A DNA stretch of 64,000 nt from Hormiphora californensis (lineage: Eukaryota > Animalia > Ctenophora), in NCBI GenBank assembly GCA_020137815.1, contig CM035362.1:1984001-2048000 (forward strand), given 5' to 3'. A program made the position numbers and the translations under genes. Shown piece by piece: positions 43,847-53,932 of this stretch (position 1 is the first letter of the stretch; each line of letters begins with the position of its first letter). The notes beneath the pieces are model-generated. The model was not told the origin of the DNA. It was given only the letters and a program-made list of their open reading frames with translations, and did no database searches.

Positions 43847-46800
43847 CCTCTCTCTCTCTCTCTGTTTTTTTTCTTTACCCGGGATAAAATGAGAGCTCAT
43901 GTTTATTTTTGTTTGTCGTCCGCCAGGGGGATTGGATTGAGTCTTTGGATCTAAACCTCTCGTCTGAGTCTTTTAAACCCTCCCTTTCTCGCCCTTTTCC
44001 CCCCCTACTTCTTGCACGAACCTACCTCTCTCTCTTTTATGGATGTCAATGTTTCAGCTCTGCCAAAACAGGCCAATGCCCGGGCTTTTCCAAGATGTGT
44101 GTATACACCGCCCAAGACTCTCCCTCTCTCCGCAAGCTCTCATCCATTCCCATTTCTTATGCCGAGTGTCCAGAATAGAGAAGCATAGAAGAAAGGAGGG
44201 GAAAAGAGGAGGAGGAAGAAGAGAGAGAGGAGAGAGAAACGAGAGAGAGAGAAAGAAGAGAGAGAGAGAGAGAGAACGAAGAGGATGGACGGGGGAAGAG
44301 AGAAAGAGAGAGAGAAAAGAGAAGTGTGGAAGGGGGAAGAGAGAGAGAAGGGGAGAGGAGGAGAGAAGAGAGAGGCGAGAGAAGAGATGGAAGAGAGAGG
44401 AAGAAAGAGAGAAAGAAGGGACAGGAAACGTTAGCGCATTACTCGGCATGAGCGGTAGCAAACACCCGAGCAAGAAGTACGCTACAATACACACACACAA
44501 TGGTGATAGAAATGGAATGTATATACCCCCATTCCCACCCTTAACAATTCTAATACATCAGCTAGTATTATATTGTTCTTTACCAGATATATACTGATGA
44601 ACAATAGATCAGGGACAAGAGAATGGGGAACAAGCATTATGTACTTTTGTGAATGAAATTCCACCCGGACCTTCTTTAGTCAGTAAACGATCGATCGTTC
44701 AATGTTTTAAGAAGGTCTCGATCTGATAGAGACGAGCTAAATCAAAGAAAGCGCCAATTTGAGCTAATAGGACATACTAATATGAACAATTATGTAGGCT
44801 AAATCATGCTCTCCACCGATACTAACATATTTTCGCTTTTTTGGCGGGCCTTTATTTACAAGGGGGGAGGACCAGATGTACATAATTGACTACCATTAGA
44901 ACATGGTTTATATCTGAGTGCTGTGTTTGGAGGATGACCTGCTCAATTTAGCATGGTTTACATCTCAAAACGCACTTAGTGGAATTTCCCTACCAGAAGA
45001 AGCACCTTCCATTACCACTTTTATACGCTACAAAATTTGTCGTTTTAAGCTGTCACACGATGGAGAGAGAGGGAGAGAGAAAGAGAGAGGGGGGGAGGGA
45101 GAGACAGAGAGAGAGGGGGAGAGAGGAAGAGAGAGGGCGAGAGAGAAAGAGAGAGAGGGCGAGAGAGAATTTCAGTTATACCACATTTGGAATATACACT
45201 AGGTTCAAATCGCTCAAGGTAGCTAGTACAGAGAGAGTAAAATCTTTCTCATAACCTTTTGGTGTGTTCTGCAGTGGGGGACACAGCGTGGAAGAGAGGG
45301 AGAGATAGGGAAATAGAGAGAGGGAGAAAGAGAGAGAAAGATAGAGATGAAGGGAAAGAGAGAAAGAAAGATAGAGAAAGATCGAGAGATAGAGAGCGAG
45401 AGAGTATACAGCTCTTACTCGAGTAAGAGCTGCTAGAGGTCGGAGTGTGGCACTTCCCTCACCAGGTTCTACTCGGACACCAACTCGAGGCTGCTGCTCC
45501 CCACTTCCCACTCAGAAATGATGTGCACACTCTCACACTTAATATCTTCATAGATGCAGTATTACGTGACCACAAAGTGATGTGAAAATATAAAACAGAT
45601 CTATGAGTCCTTGTTTCACAAGACTGTTACATACATTATGATCTTATGTGTGTCCGTCAAGTTTTGTCAAGTTTTGTCAAAGCTTTAGAAGAGCAAAAGA
45701 TAGAAGTCGGTGGTCCCTAGTAAATTTCCATTCGTGATGATTTATGGAAAATAATAATGCCCCCTGTAAAAAACCAACAGATCTATTAAAAAATACTCAC
45801 GAGCATATGAACACGTTTCCACGACTTCCGTGGCTCGACAGCGTTTAAAGAAAACATCGAATGTGTCTGTATCAGCACAATTTTGTGAGGTTGCTTTCTT
45901 GTTCATGCATGAGTAGTACTTTCTACAGCTCATTGGGTCAGCCTCCTTTGACTGACGGTCACTTTCACACTGGAAACCTGTTGGGAAACAAGGCTATAAA
46001 ACTAGGATTGGAAACCTGTTGGGAAACAACGCTATAAAACTAGGATTGGAAAGCTAGTAGAGTCGATAACTACATCGACCTCTCCCAATTGTTCCAGTTT
46101 TTGTCACATCTGTTTGGAGCCTCGACACGACCTCTAAACAGCTGTTACTTTTTCACAAACTGTTTTCATCTTGGTGTAATCAGCAGTTGAAATGTTGCTG
46201 ATCATAACAAAAACCTGACTAAATTTTTTCAACTTGGGGTAAAACCATGGGTGTCAAAAGTTAGCTCTAGGTCCCCTGAGTAACCATCCGGAGACTCTAA
46301 GAGATATTTCAAGCCGTTCTCCCGTAATCATTAATCCCGGTGGAGAAAAAAATACAATGCGGACGTACGTGAGCGCTGGCAGGCTGCTTACATGTTATTG
46401 TATGTCTCTCACTCTCTCTGGAAAAACCGCACGTGCGGTTGCGCCGCGCGAGATAACTCTTTCTCAAGGGGGAGAAAAGAGAGAGACGCACATTAACGTT
46501 ATACATTAAAGTTGAGGTTGTAGGCAATTGCACGTACGTCCATACTCAAATATGTGCTCTACCGGGATTAATGATTACAGGAGAACGGCTTGAAATATCT
46601 CTTGGAGTCTCCGGATGGTTACTCAGGGGACCTAGAGCTAACTTTTGACACCCATGGTTTTACCCCAAGTTGAAAAAATTTAGTCAGGTTTTTGTTATGA
46701 TCAACAACATTTCAACTGCTGATTACACCAAGATGAAAACAGTTTGTGAAAAAGTAACACCTGTTTAGAGGTCGTGTCGAGGCTCCAAACTGATGTGACA

Positions 46801-47036
46801 AAAACTGGAACAATTGGGAGAGGTCGATGTAGTTATCGACTCTACTAAGCTGAAAAGGGGAGAGGGGGTGGTGCATGTATCTAGCAAATTGTCTACAAAA
46901 CATGTCTGGCGACTGAAAAAGTACCTAGATATAGGATTTAGGAACACATTTTAATAGGGATTACAATTCAAGACTCTTCATTACCTATCGTTCCAGGTAG
47001 CAGGTAGAGCAATAATATCACAGTCGTTGGTAGCAT
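30682..47036 (-). CDS. Neurexin/CASPR-family-like type I membrane protein: signal peptide, chitin-binding type-2 (CBM14), kringle, laminin-G, Thr/Pro stalk, TM, 4.1m motif, PDZ-type C-terminus; about 451-485 aa
   Basis: Exons (all GT-AG): 47036-46985 (MLPTTVILLLYLLPGTIG); 45977-45801 (C-x13-C-x5-C-x9-C-x12-C-x8-C); 38148-38042 and 37463-37336 (DCY..DYQGSVSVT..CIAW / NYCRNP..PWC..YCDVPQC); 33966-33807, 33172-33082, 32827-32747, 32617-32482 and 31970-31847 (SFNGRG..FYLRPT..LADNKAHKVVIKR..LKVDD..YQGCIS..C); 31645 (or 31747)-31525 (PTPAPTTTEPP); 30861-30682 (TM, RTRNKDKGVYKIRE, ...ESEHGV*). All phases join if one extra base near 38114-38117 is removed. Confidence 0.85.
33186..33243. repeat. 25-bp tandem unit carrying CACGTG and CCAAATATGG; related array at 55488-55550
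   Basis: tgtcacgtgatgcccaaatatggtc x2.3. A 26-bp variant catcgcgtgatgcccaaatatggcaa x2.4 is at 55488. Confidence 0.8.
34520..36650. other. Probable low-quality assembly segment (homopolymer-inflated)
   Basis: Abrupt switch to long A/C/G/T runs, with (CT)n tracts degraded into C/T homopolymers. A similar stretch is at about 40550-41650. Confidence 0.75.
45971..46052. repeat. 38-bp tandem duplication covering the splice acceptor of the chitin-binding exon
   Basis: tggaaacctgttgggaaacaa(g/c)gctataaaactaggat at 45971 and 46009. Confidence 0.85.
46055..46847. mobile_element. Long-arm palindromic MITE, TAG...CTA termini, 3-bp TSD (Academ-like hallmarks)
   Basis: agc|tagtagagtcgataactacatcgacc ... 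ggtcgatgtagttatcgactctacta|agc. Arms about 290-315 bp and nearly identical. Lies in intron 1 of the neurexin-like gene. Confidence 0.9.
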
Positions 47037-47618
47037 TGTAATGTATTTGCTGTAAAGTTGGTGCAATCAATTACAAAGAGGGGCATTATATAAAACAGAG
47101 GGAGAGGGGATTTGGTGCAAGTCATGCATATATTTATCAAGTTAATGGTCACGGCTGGTAACGATAATCAATGCCTGTAACACATGTATATAATAACGAA
47201 AGAAGTGGACAGTGATACAGAGTGCAGACAAGAATCAAGAGTCAAGTCAAAATGATCATTTCATCTCCTAACAAACGTAACAAATCCAGAAGTACGTTTC
47301 ACAAAATTGGATGAAATTATTAGTTAACTGTCTGAAAAGAATAGAATGGGCGATGGCTCCCACACCAAGTACCAATGCAGCAGGCAACTTCAAAACGATG
47401 TGCCGGGGGGGGGGGGGGGGGTGTGCCCGCACTAGAGAACACTTTGTAACAAACCTTGCAAATCAGTATGTAAATAATAATAATAATAATAGTAACAGTT
47501 TATATCCCGCACTGACACAGTTTGTATACAGACAACTCGTTTTCCGTAATTTGAAAGGGACTGCAGTAGACTGCCTGCTCCTAGCACGGTTCTCTGATAA
47601 CGGTGAGTTAGTGGGGAA

Positions 47619-48575
47619 CTATCCCACTTGGATAACGTTATTACGGATGAAATAGCAGCCGTCAGGATCTTCTGATCGTATCCGCTTCAAAGTGGACCTT
47701 AGAGCTTTTTGCTCTTTCAGTTCAGAGGGCGTAAGATCCGGAGAGAGATAAACAGCCGAAAACTGTTCGGAGTCTTTAAGGTTTCGTGCCTTTCTGAGGA
47801 GCGCGAGGAGAGTCGCTCTCTTCTCCAGGGATACTAAGAGCGGTCTAGGGCGCTTCTCATTTCTTTCGCCGATGCGTTTCATCGTAGTCACTTTCGGTTT
47901 CTCTTTTAATTCCTCAAAAAGTTCGTCTAAAGTAGTTTTAGCTACTCTATCGGTTGTTTCTGGGAGACCAAACACAACCATGTTCTTCTCTCTTCCGGGC
48001 TGTTGGACGGGAGTAGAATGATTCACTGGTAGTGGTTTTCCCACTTTGGGGGAGGTTGCAGCACAATTCTGTGCTAGCACAGTAGAGTAGGCTTTCACCT
48101 TCTGCACCGATGCTGTCACTGTACTGAGCTGTTGCTTCTGGTGGTTGATAACCGTTTGCTGAAGCTCGATCACGCTAACCCGATGGCGGTCAAGTTCTTC
48201 TTTACATTCACGCAGCTGTTTCTCGAGGTTTTCCGCACTGATAACCGTTTCAAAATTGTTCATTGTTGCTCGGGCAAGTTTCATACTGGAGAGAAAAATA
48301 CGCGAAGTAGCCTCGATTATTTCACTCGTAGTTCGCTCCGTGAGACAATGTCTAAAGTACGAACCCCAATGCTTGCTAGGCGAAGCTAAGCTGTCGTTGG
48401 TTAACATTGAATCGGGTGCAGCTTGAATCGATCTATAACATTGAGTAAACTCATCTGGTGTGATGCTCGTCGTGTTGTCCGAATTCAACAGGTAAACTTC
48501 AGAAACAAAGTCATCCACTGTCTCTTCTAATCGTTTTATCACAGGGTTATCGCCCTCGTACTTCGCTTCCGACAT
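47619..48575 (-). CDS. LINE ORF1p-like protein, 318 aa from the first ATG, in an ORF1-only retroposon
   Basis: Coiled coil (LEKQLRECKEELDRHRVSVIELQQ), REKNMVVFGLPE...KRIG...RPRPLLVSL...VYLSPDLT; homologous to the 15043 ORF. Followed by a vestige reading SCLYTNCVSAGYKL and an (ATT)n tail at about 47472-47490. Confidence 0.8.
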   Translation of the reverse strand: MSEAKYEGDNPVIKRLEETVDDFVSEVYLLNSDNTTSITPDEFTQCYRSIQAAPDSMLTNDSLASPSKHWGSYFRHCLTERTTSEIIEATSRIFLSSMKLARATMNNFETVISAENLEKQLRECKEELDRHRVSVIELQQTVINHQKQQLSTVTASVQKVKAYSTVLAQNCAATSPKVGKPLPVNHSTPVQQPGREKNMVVFGLPETTDRVAKTTLDELFEELKEKPKVTTMKRIGERNEKRPRPLLVSLEKRATLLALLRKARNLKDSEQFSAVYLSPDLTPSELKEQKALRSTLKRIRSEDPDGCYFIRNNVIQVG

Positions 48576-50519
48576 TATCAACGTTTCGTTTTTCTGCCCT
48601 TCGGGGCTGTTACATCGGATTCATCTTCCTGCTCAAATTAATTTGTTTAAAGTAGTGTTGAAAAGTTTGCTCGTATCAGTTCATTCTTTAATCTCTTTCA
48701 GAGAACTGAGCAACGAGGGACCCGGGGTACCGGTTCAAATAGAATATATGTCAGTACAATATTATTTACATGAATAATTATTAACAAAACTGGTGCCAAA
48801 CACAGGCAGTCAGTGACCGTGAGCTACGACAATTGACAAAATTTAAAAATCGGTTGCAAAGATTCTAGTATCTGTCGGCGCAGATTGAACGTACTGAGTC
48901 GGAAGTTTGGCCTACGCTGTTATAGTCCCACCGGACCTGCAAAGTGCAACGAGAAGAGTCAAGAGAGCTAAAAGTTTAAAAGAAGTAAAAATTCAAATTA
49001 CAAAATTCAAAACTCTGGTCGCGTCACCAAGATCATTTTGCGCGGCGCTATTTTACAACAACGCGCGGCTTCAAAAAAGCAGCGTTTAAACAAAAACTTC
49101 GCCGCCGTATTATTTAAAAGCCGCGCGTCGACTGTCCGCATCCTTTTTATTTTGTTTGTTTTTTGTTTGTTTAATTTTTTGTTGTTTTTTTGTTGGTTTT
49201 TGTTATTTTTTGGTGTTTTCCTTGAAAAGCGCTGCCTTATCCCTATCGGGGGCCAGCAACGTTTGCCAAGTGTTTTCCTTGACTTTTGGTCCTCGACCTG
49301 TGTGGCGTCGTGGTACTCACAGGGTCCTCCATTTTCTAAAAAGCGCAAGGACGTTCAGACGTAATTGTAACGTGCTTGAGACGGGTTTCCGTCTGATCTC
49401 AGAGGTTCCGTCCGATTTCGTCCAATACAACTCCAGCTCCGTTTGATTTCGTCCAACTCCGTCCGATTTCATCCAACTCCGTCTAACTCCTGTCAGGCCA
49501 TTGCTCTGACCACATGCACAGTTCTCACGCGCTCCGAGAATGGGTCAGGCCAATGCTCTGACAGTCTAACTCCGTCTAAACGGGTAGAGACCGTTTCAGA
49601 AGTTTTTAAGCGGCACGTCTCAATCCCGTTTGACTCCGTCTAGACACAAAACCTTGACATGTTCCTTGTCTGTCAGCTCTCACACCGGGCCGAAGGCCCG
49701 GTGTGAGCTTACGCGAGGTGCTTAACGTGCCGAACAGACAGACTGCGTAGTATGGCGAGCAAAACCCGTCTAGACGAGCCCCGTCTAGACGTCGTTGGAA
49801 CCGCGTCTAGACGACGTCTGTAGCAAATGAATATTTGCTCTTGGACGGGAGGAGGGTAAAACTATTCTGTAAGATATTGAGACCCTGGGTCAAGACGGTT
49901 CATAGATATCCTACTATCAGCAAATAGCGATTTGCGGGAGACGTAGTATAGACGTAGCAGCGACGTGTTATAGACGTATTATAGACGTATTACCGACAGA
50001 CGTATTATCGACCCTGTATATACCCTGTATATATATATTGCTGAAGGTGTGAGGGTCGAGTGAAACACGGTTACCCCACGCTTACTGCGCAATACCCCTA
50101 TAATACCCTTCAGTGAGCGTGGATCTAGCATGCGACTGAGTGTACGCTCATCGCGGGACCCTATCAATAGTTTTCTGGTAGGGATGTGGTAGAAATCCTT
50201 CACCTACCTCCTCCACTGCGAAAGTGACACATTTCTTTCTGCTGGGAACTTTCCGTGGTACGCTCGCGTCTAACCAAGGGTTGTTGTGGGACAGATCTCT
50301 CCCAAACGCCTTGGAGTATATCACGCTCAGGTCTACATGTGAGATCGGTGTCAGACCTGTTTCCTTCCTTGGACACAGTGGTCTACGCTTAGGGAATGTT
50401 AACTGTAGGTACACATTCCCCTTTTCTCGAGTGGGACCCTCCATTTCCACCGGTGAATCAGGAATGCATCGGTTGTGAAGCTGTACTTAGCATTACCTAT
50501 TACTAAAACTCGTGGAGTT

Positions 50520-51104
50520 GGGGGGGGGGGGGTCCAGCCCTAAAAAAAGCTAAAGGTACCCTGATTTTGGTCGATAGCGTTTTTTATTTTAGCTTTTTTA
50601 GCTTTTTTTAGCTTTTTTTAGCTTTTTTTAGCCCTACTTTTTATGTTTTTTTCAGCATTCATCTTGACACTTTTCCATTAAATTTTCATCCTTCCGGACG
50701 TCTATTGACTGCATTTGTTCATTTCCTGCACATTTTTTACCATAATCTACCGTTTATGTCCATACATAGCAATTTCTGTATCCACCCCTACTGCCATTTT
50801 CTGGAGACATTTTTTCGATAAAAATATTATTCAAATTTGATAAAAATAGTTTTAAAAAAGTTCAAAAAACGTTATAAAACGTTATAATAAAAGTTTAAAA
50901 AATTTGGCGTCAGCGGGATTCGAACCTATATGAATCCACTAAAAACTCAATTTTAGCTTTTTTTTAGCTTTTTTTAGCTTTTTTTTTAGCCTTAAAAAAG
51001 CTAAAAAAGCTAAAAAAAGCTAAAAAAAAAGCTAAAAAAGCTAAAGGTACCCTGATTTTGGCCGTTAGCTTAGCTTTTTTTAGGGCTGGACCCCCCCCCC
51101 CCCC
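50520..51104. mobile_element. Non-autonomous TIR element with poly-G/poly-C ends and a 6-bp TSD
   Basis: ggagtt|G13-tccagccctaaaaaaagctaa ... ttagcttttttagggctgga-C14|ggagtt. Internal tagcttttt repeats in both orientations. Confidence 0.85.
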
Positions 51105-51220
51105 GGAGTTAGAATCCTATTTCCCTGTTACCACCACCGGCTCTCCTTTGAGAAGGCACCGCATAACAAAATAATGAACACTTTGATACAAAACACAAAC
51201 TATTAGATTACTAACATATT

Positions 51221-52683
51221 TTATTTAATTTTTCTATATATATATTTTTTTAAAAAAAGTGTCATATTCTTTTTAGTCTTAGCACGGTCTGGGCCGCCCC
51301 CACCACCCTGTACTCCAGGGGCGGGGCCGGCCGCTTTCTCAAATACATCCCCAGCGAGGGGTACTGTTGCACCCCCACTGGGGATATGTCGGGTTGAGGG
51401 GTCGGAGGAGTCACCGACCGAGCGCCGGCCCGTCGCATTGACAGGTGGGGTGAGCCGGGTCGTAGGTCGGAGACAGGTGGCTCGTGTCCCAGGTTTTCGT
51501 CGGGGTCTCCCTCGCCGCCTCCTCCTTCCCGCTTCCCCCCTTTTTCTCCCCCAATTATATCTGACTGAACAGCCCCTCGGTACCTGCTGCCAATTCCAGC
51601 CTTTTTTCCAGGTCGTGGGTCCTCCTTTTATATTCCTCCTCCCTTGTAACAAAGCCATTTCGTTCCGTCACCAACGACAGTACGGTCATCCGTATTTCCT
51701 CCAACTGTAGGTCTTTTTGTTCGATAATCCCTAGCAGTTCCTCCTCTCTGGTTCGTCCTTCCTCTTCCCCCTCCAGCCTCTCCCCCGTCGCATTGACAGG
51801 TGGGGTGAGCCGGGTCGTAGGTCGGAGACAGGTGGCTCGTGTCCCAGGTTTTCGTCGGGGTCTCCCTCGCCGCCTCCTCCTTCCCGCTTCCCCCTTTTTC
51901 TCCCCCCAATTATATCTGACTGAACAGCCCTTCAGTACCTGCTGCCAATTCCAGCCTTTTTTCCAGGTCGTGGATCCTCCTTTTATATTCCTCCTCCCTT
52001 GTAACAAAGCCATTTCGTTCCGTCACCAACGACAGTACGGTCATCCGTATTTCCTCCAACTGTAGGTCTTTTTGTTCGATAATCCCTAGCAGTTCCTCCT
52101 CTCTGGTTCGTCCTTCCTCTTCCCCCTCCAGCCTCTCCCCCGTCGCATTGACAGGTGGGGTGAGCCGGGTCGTAGGTCGGAGACAGGTGGCTCGTGTCCC
52201 AGGTTTTCGTCGGGGTCTCCCTCGCCGCCTCCTTCCCGCTTCCCTCCTTTTTCCCCCCCCCCCCAATTATATCTGACTGAACAGCCCCTCGGTACCTGCT
52301 GCCAATTCCAGCCTTTTTTCCAGGTCGTGGATCCTCCTTTTATATTCCTCCTCCCTTGTAACAAAGCCATTTCGTTCCGTCACCAACGACAATACGGTCA
52401 TCCGTATTTCCTCCAACTGTAGGTCTTTTTGTTTGATAATCCCTAGCAGTTCCTCCTCTCTGGTTCGTCCTTCCTCTTCCCCCTCCTGCCTCTCCCTCTT
52501 CGTTTCCCTTTCTATTATCTCCCTCCTCTGCTTCAGGTATTCTCTATTCGTTTCTGCCCGTCCCTTTCCTGCGGAGCTGATCCTTCGCCACAAGCCCTGC
52601 TCCCCCAGTCTAGCTCATAAGTTGCTATACTTCTTCCTCTTGTCCTTCAGGGTTGCCTTGCGGGAGCTGTCGTTAGAAGCCAT
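51221..52683 (-). pseudogene. Decayed coiled-coil ORF of unknown, probably mobile-element, origin, partly triplicated
   Basis: One frame from the ATG at about 52683 reads MASNDSSRKATLKDKRKKYSNL*ARLGEQGLWRRISS...EEELLGIIKQKDLQLEEIRMTVLSLVTERNGFVTREEEYKRRIHDLEKRLELAAGTEGLFSQI*, with in-frame TGA and TAA. The heptad segment is repeated in each 355-bp unit. Confidence 0.4.
51430..52497. repeat. Three tandem copies of a 355-bp unit
   Basis: cgtcgcattgacaggtgggg starts at 51431, 51786 and 52141; the copies are nearly identical. Confidence 0.95.
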
Positions 52684-53819
52684 AACAAATAAGCAATGTG
52701 AGTATCTCATATATCTACTCGTGCTACATACCGAGGGCAGACGCAGGGATTGTTCATTGAGTCATGTTGTATACGGGTGGGAGTAGGTGAGAGTAATAGC
52801 TGAAGAGGTTCCGGAGCAAGTAAGAAGGGCTGAACTGAACTGCCTTTCTGGGCTTGTGCTCTTGCTTATAAAGGTTGCCTCCGTCATCTCGACGCAGGGA
52901 TTGTCGGTTGAGTCATGTTGGTGTCCGGGTGGGAGTGGGACTGACATATCCTAAACAAACAGAAAGATCAATTAAGTCACCGGTAGAGCTAACACTTTGT
53001 AAAATAAGAGCTGAGCAAAAGACATATAGCAGAGGTTGAGAGAGAAGGTCACCCATACAGAGTGACTTAGTCTCAGTGATCACATGGGAAGTGGGGGGTA
53101 TCAGATGACAACCTCAACATAACAGAAGCTCCCATAAAAACATAGAAAACATATATGTAATCCTCTCTGATGTTTCTAGCCTAAGGTATAAATATGGCAG
53201 GGGTTGCCATTGGAGAGTAGAGTGGTTGCCGGTTGGAATAGTAGTAGTGTTGCTGTTGCGGTGGCTGGGGTGGTTTGGAAGCGGCTCTTTCAGTTTTAGC
53301 TCCTGCTTATATACTCTCTGGACGACGGTGGTCGTCCAGAGTAATGATGGGGGACAACAGGTGGCATCCCCTTCCTCACAGGACTGGTTACAATAAAATA
53401 TGCCCTCCTTCCCATATTCTATTGTATGTGAGGGCACGGAAAAGGTGGTTCCCCTAGCTTACAAAATGCGATACAGAAGACACTGGAATGCATACCTGTG
53501 CTTATTGAGACGTGTGTCGGGGTACGGGAAAAGAGGTTCACCCGGCCACTATAATACAAAGTCGAGGACCCATAAATGAGTACCCTAGTTTATTATCAAG
53601 TTTTCTAGATCTTTTAGGCGAATCCGTTTCCGGTTCACTATGCACGTGGTCCCGCGTACAGTTTCGAACCCCTCCGACCTGTTGTGAACTATGGATCCTT
53701 TGTCAATGAACCACTGTATTATAATTCCAGCCAACACTGGTGTTGGCCATCCCCGGATCCCGGTTCGTCAGCGTCGGAGGTTTCCCTAAATCCATGTCGC
53801 TCTAGAGTTAAGAGTATAT

Positions 53820-53932
53820 ATGCAGATGTCTCCCGGACTTCCAGTCGGTCAGGAGTCCGGACACCTATGCAGATGTCTCCCGGACTCCCAAGTCCCAGTC
53901 GGTCAGGAGTCCGGACACCTATGCAGATGTCT
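53820..53932. repeat. About 50-bp tandem repeat, 2.3 copies
   Basis: atgcagatgtctcccggact...ccagtcggtcaggagtccggacacct, repeated. Confidence 0.8.

Noticed and set aside
50905-50928. tRNA gene
   Set aside because: Only a T-arm/B-box and acceptor 3' strand are visible; no D-arm, anticodon arm or matching 5' strand was found.
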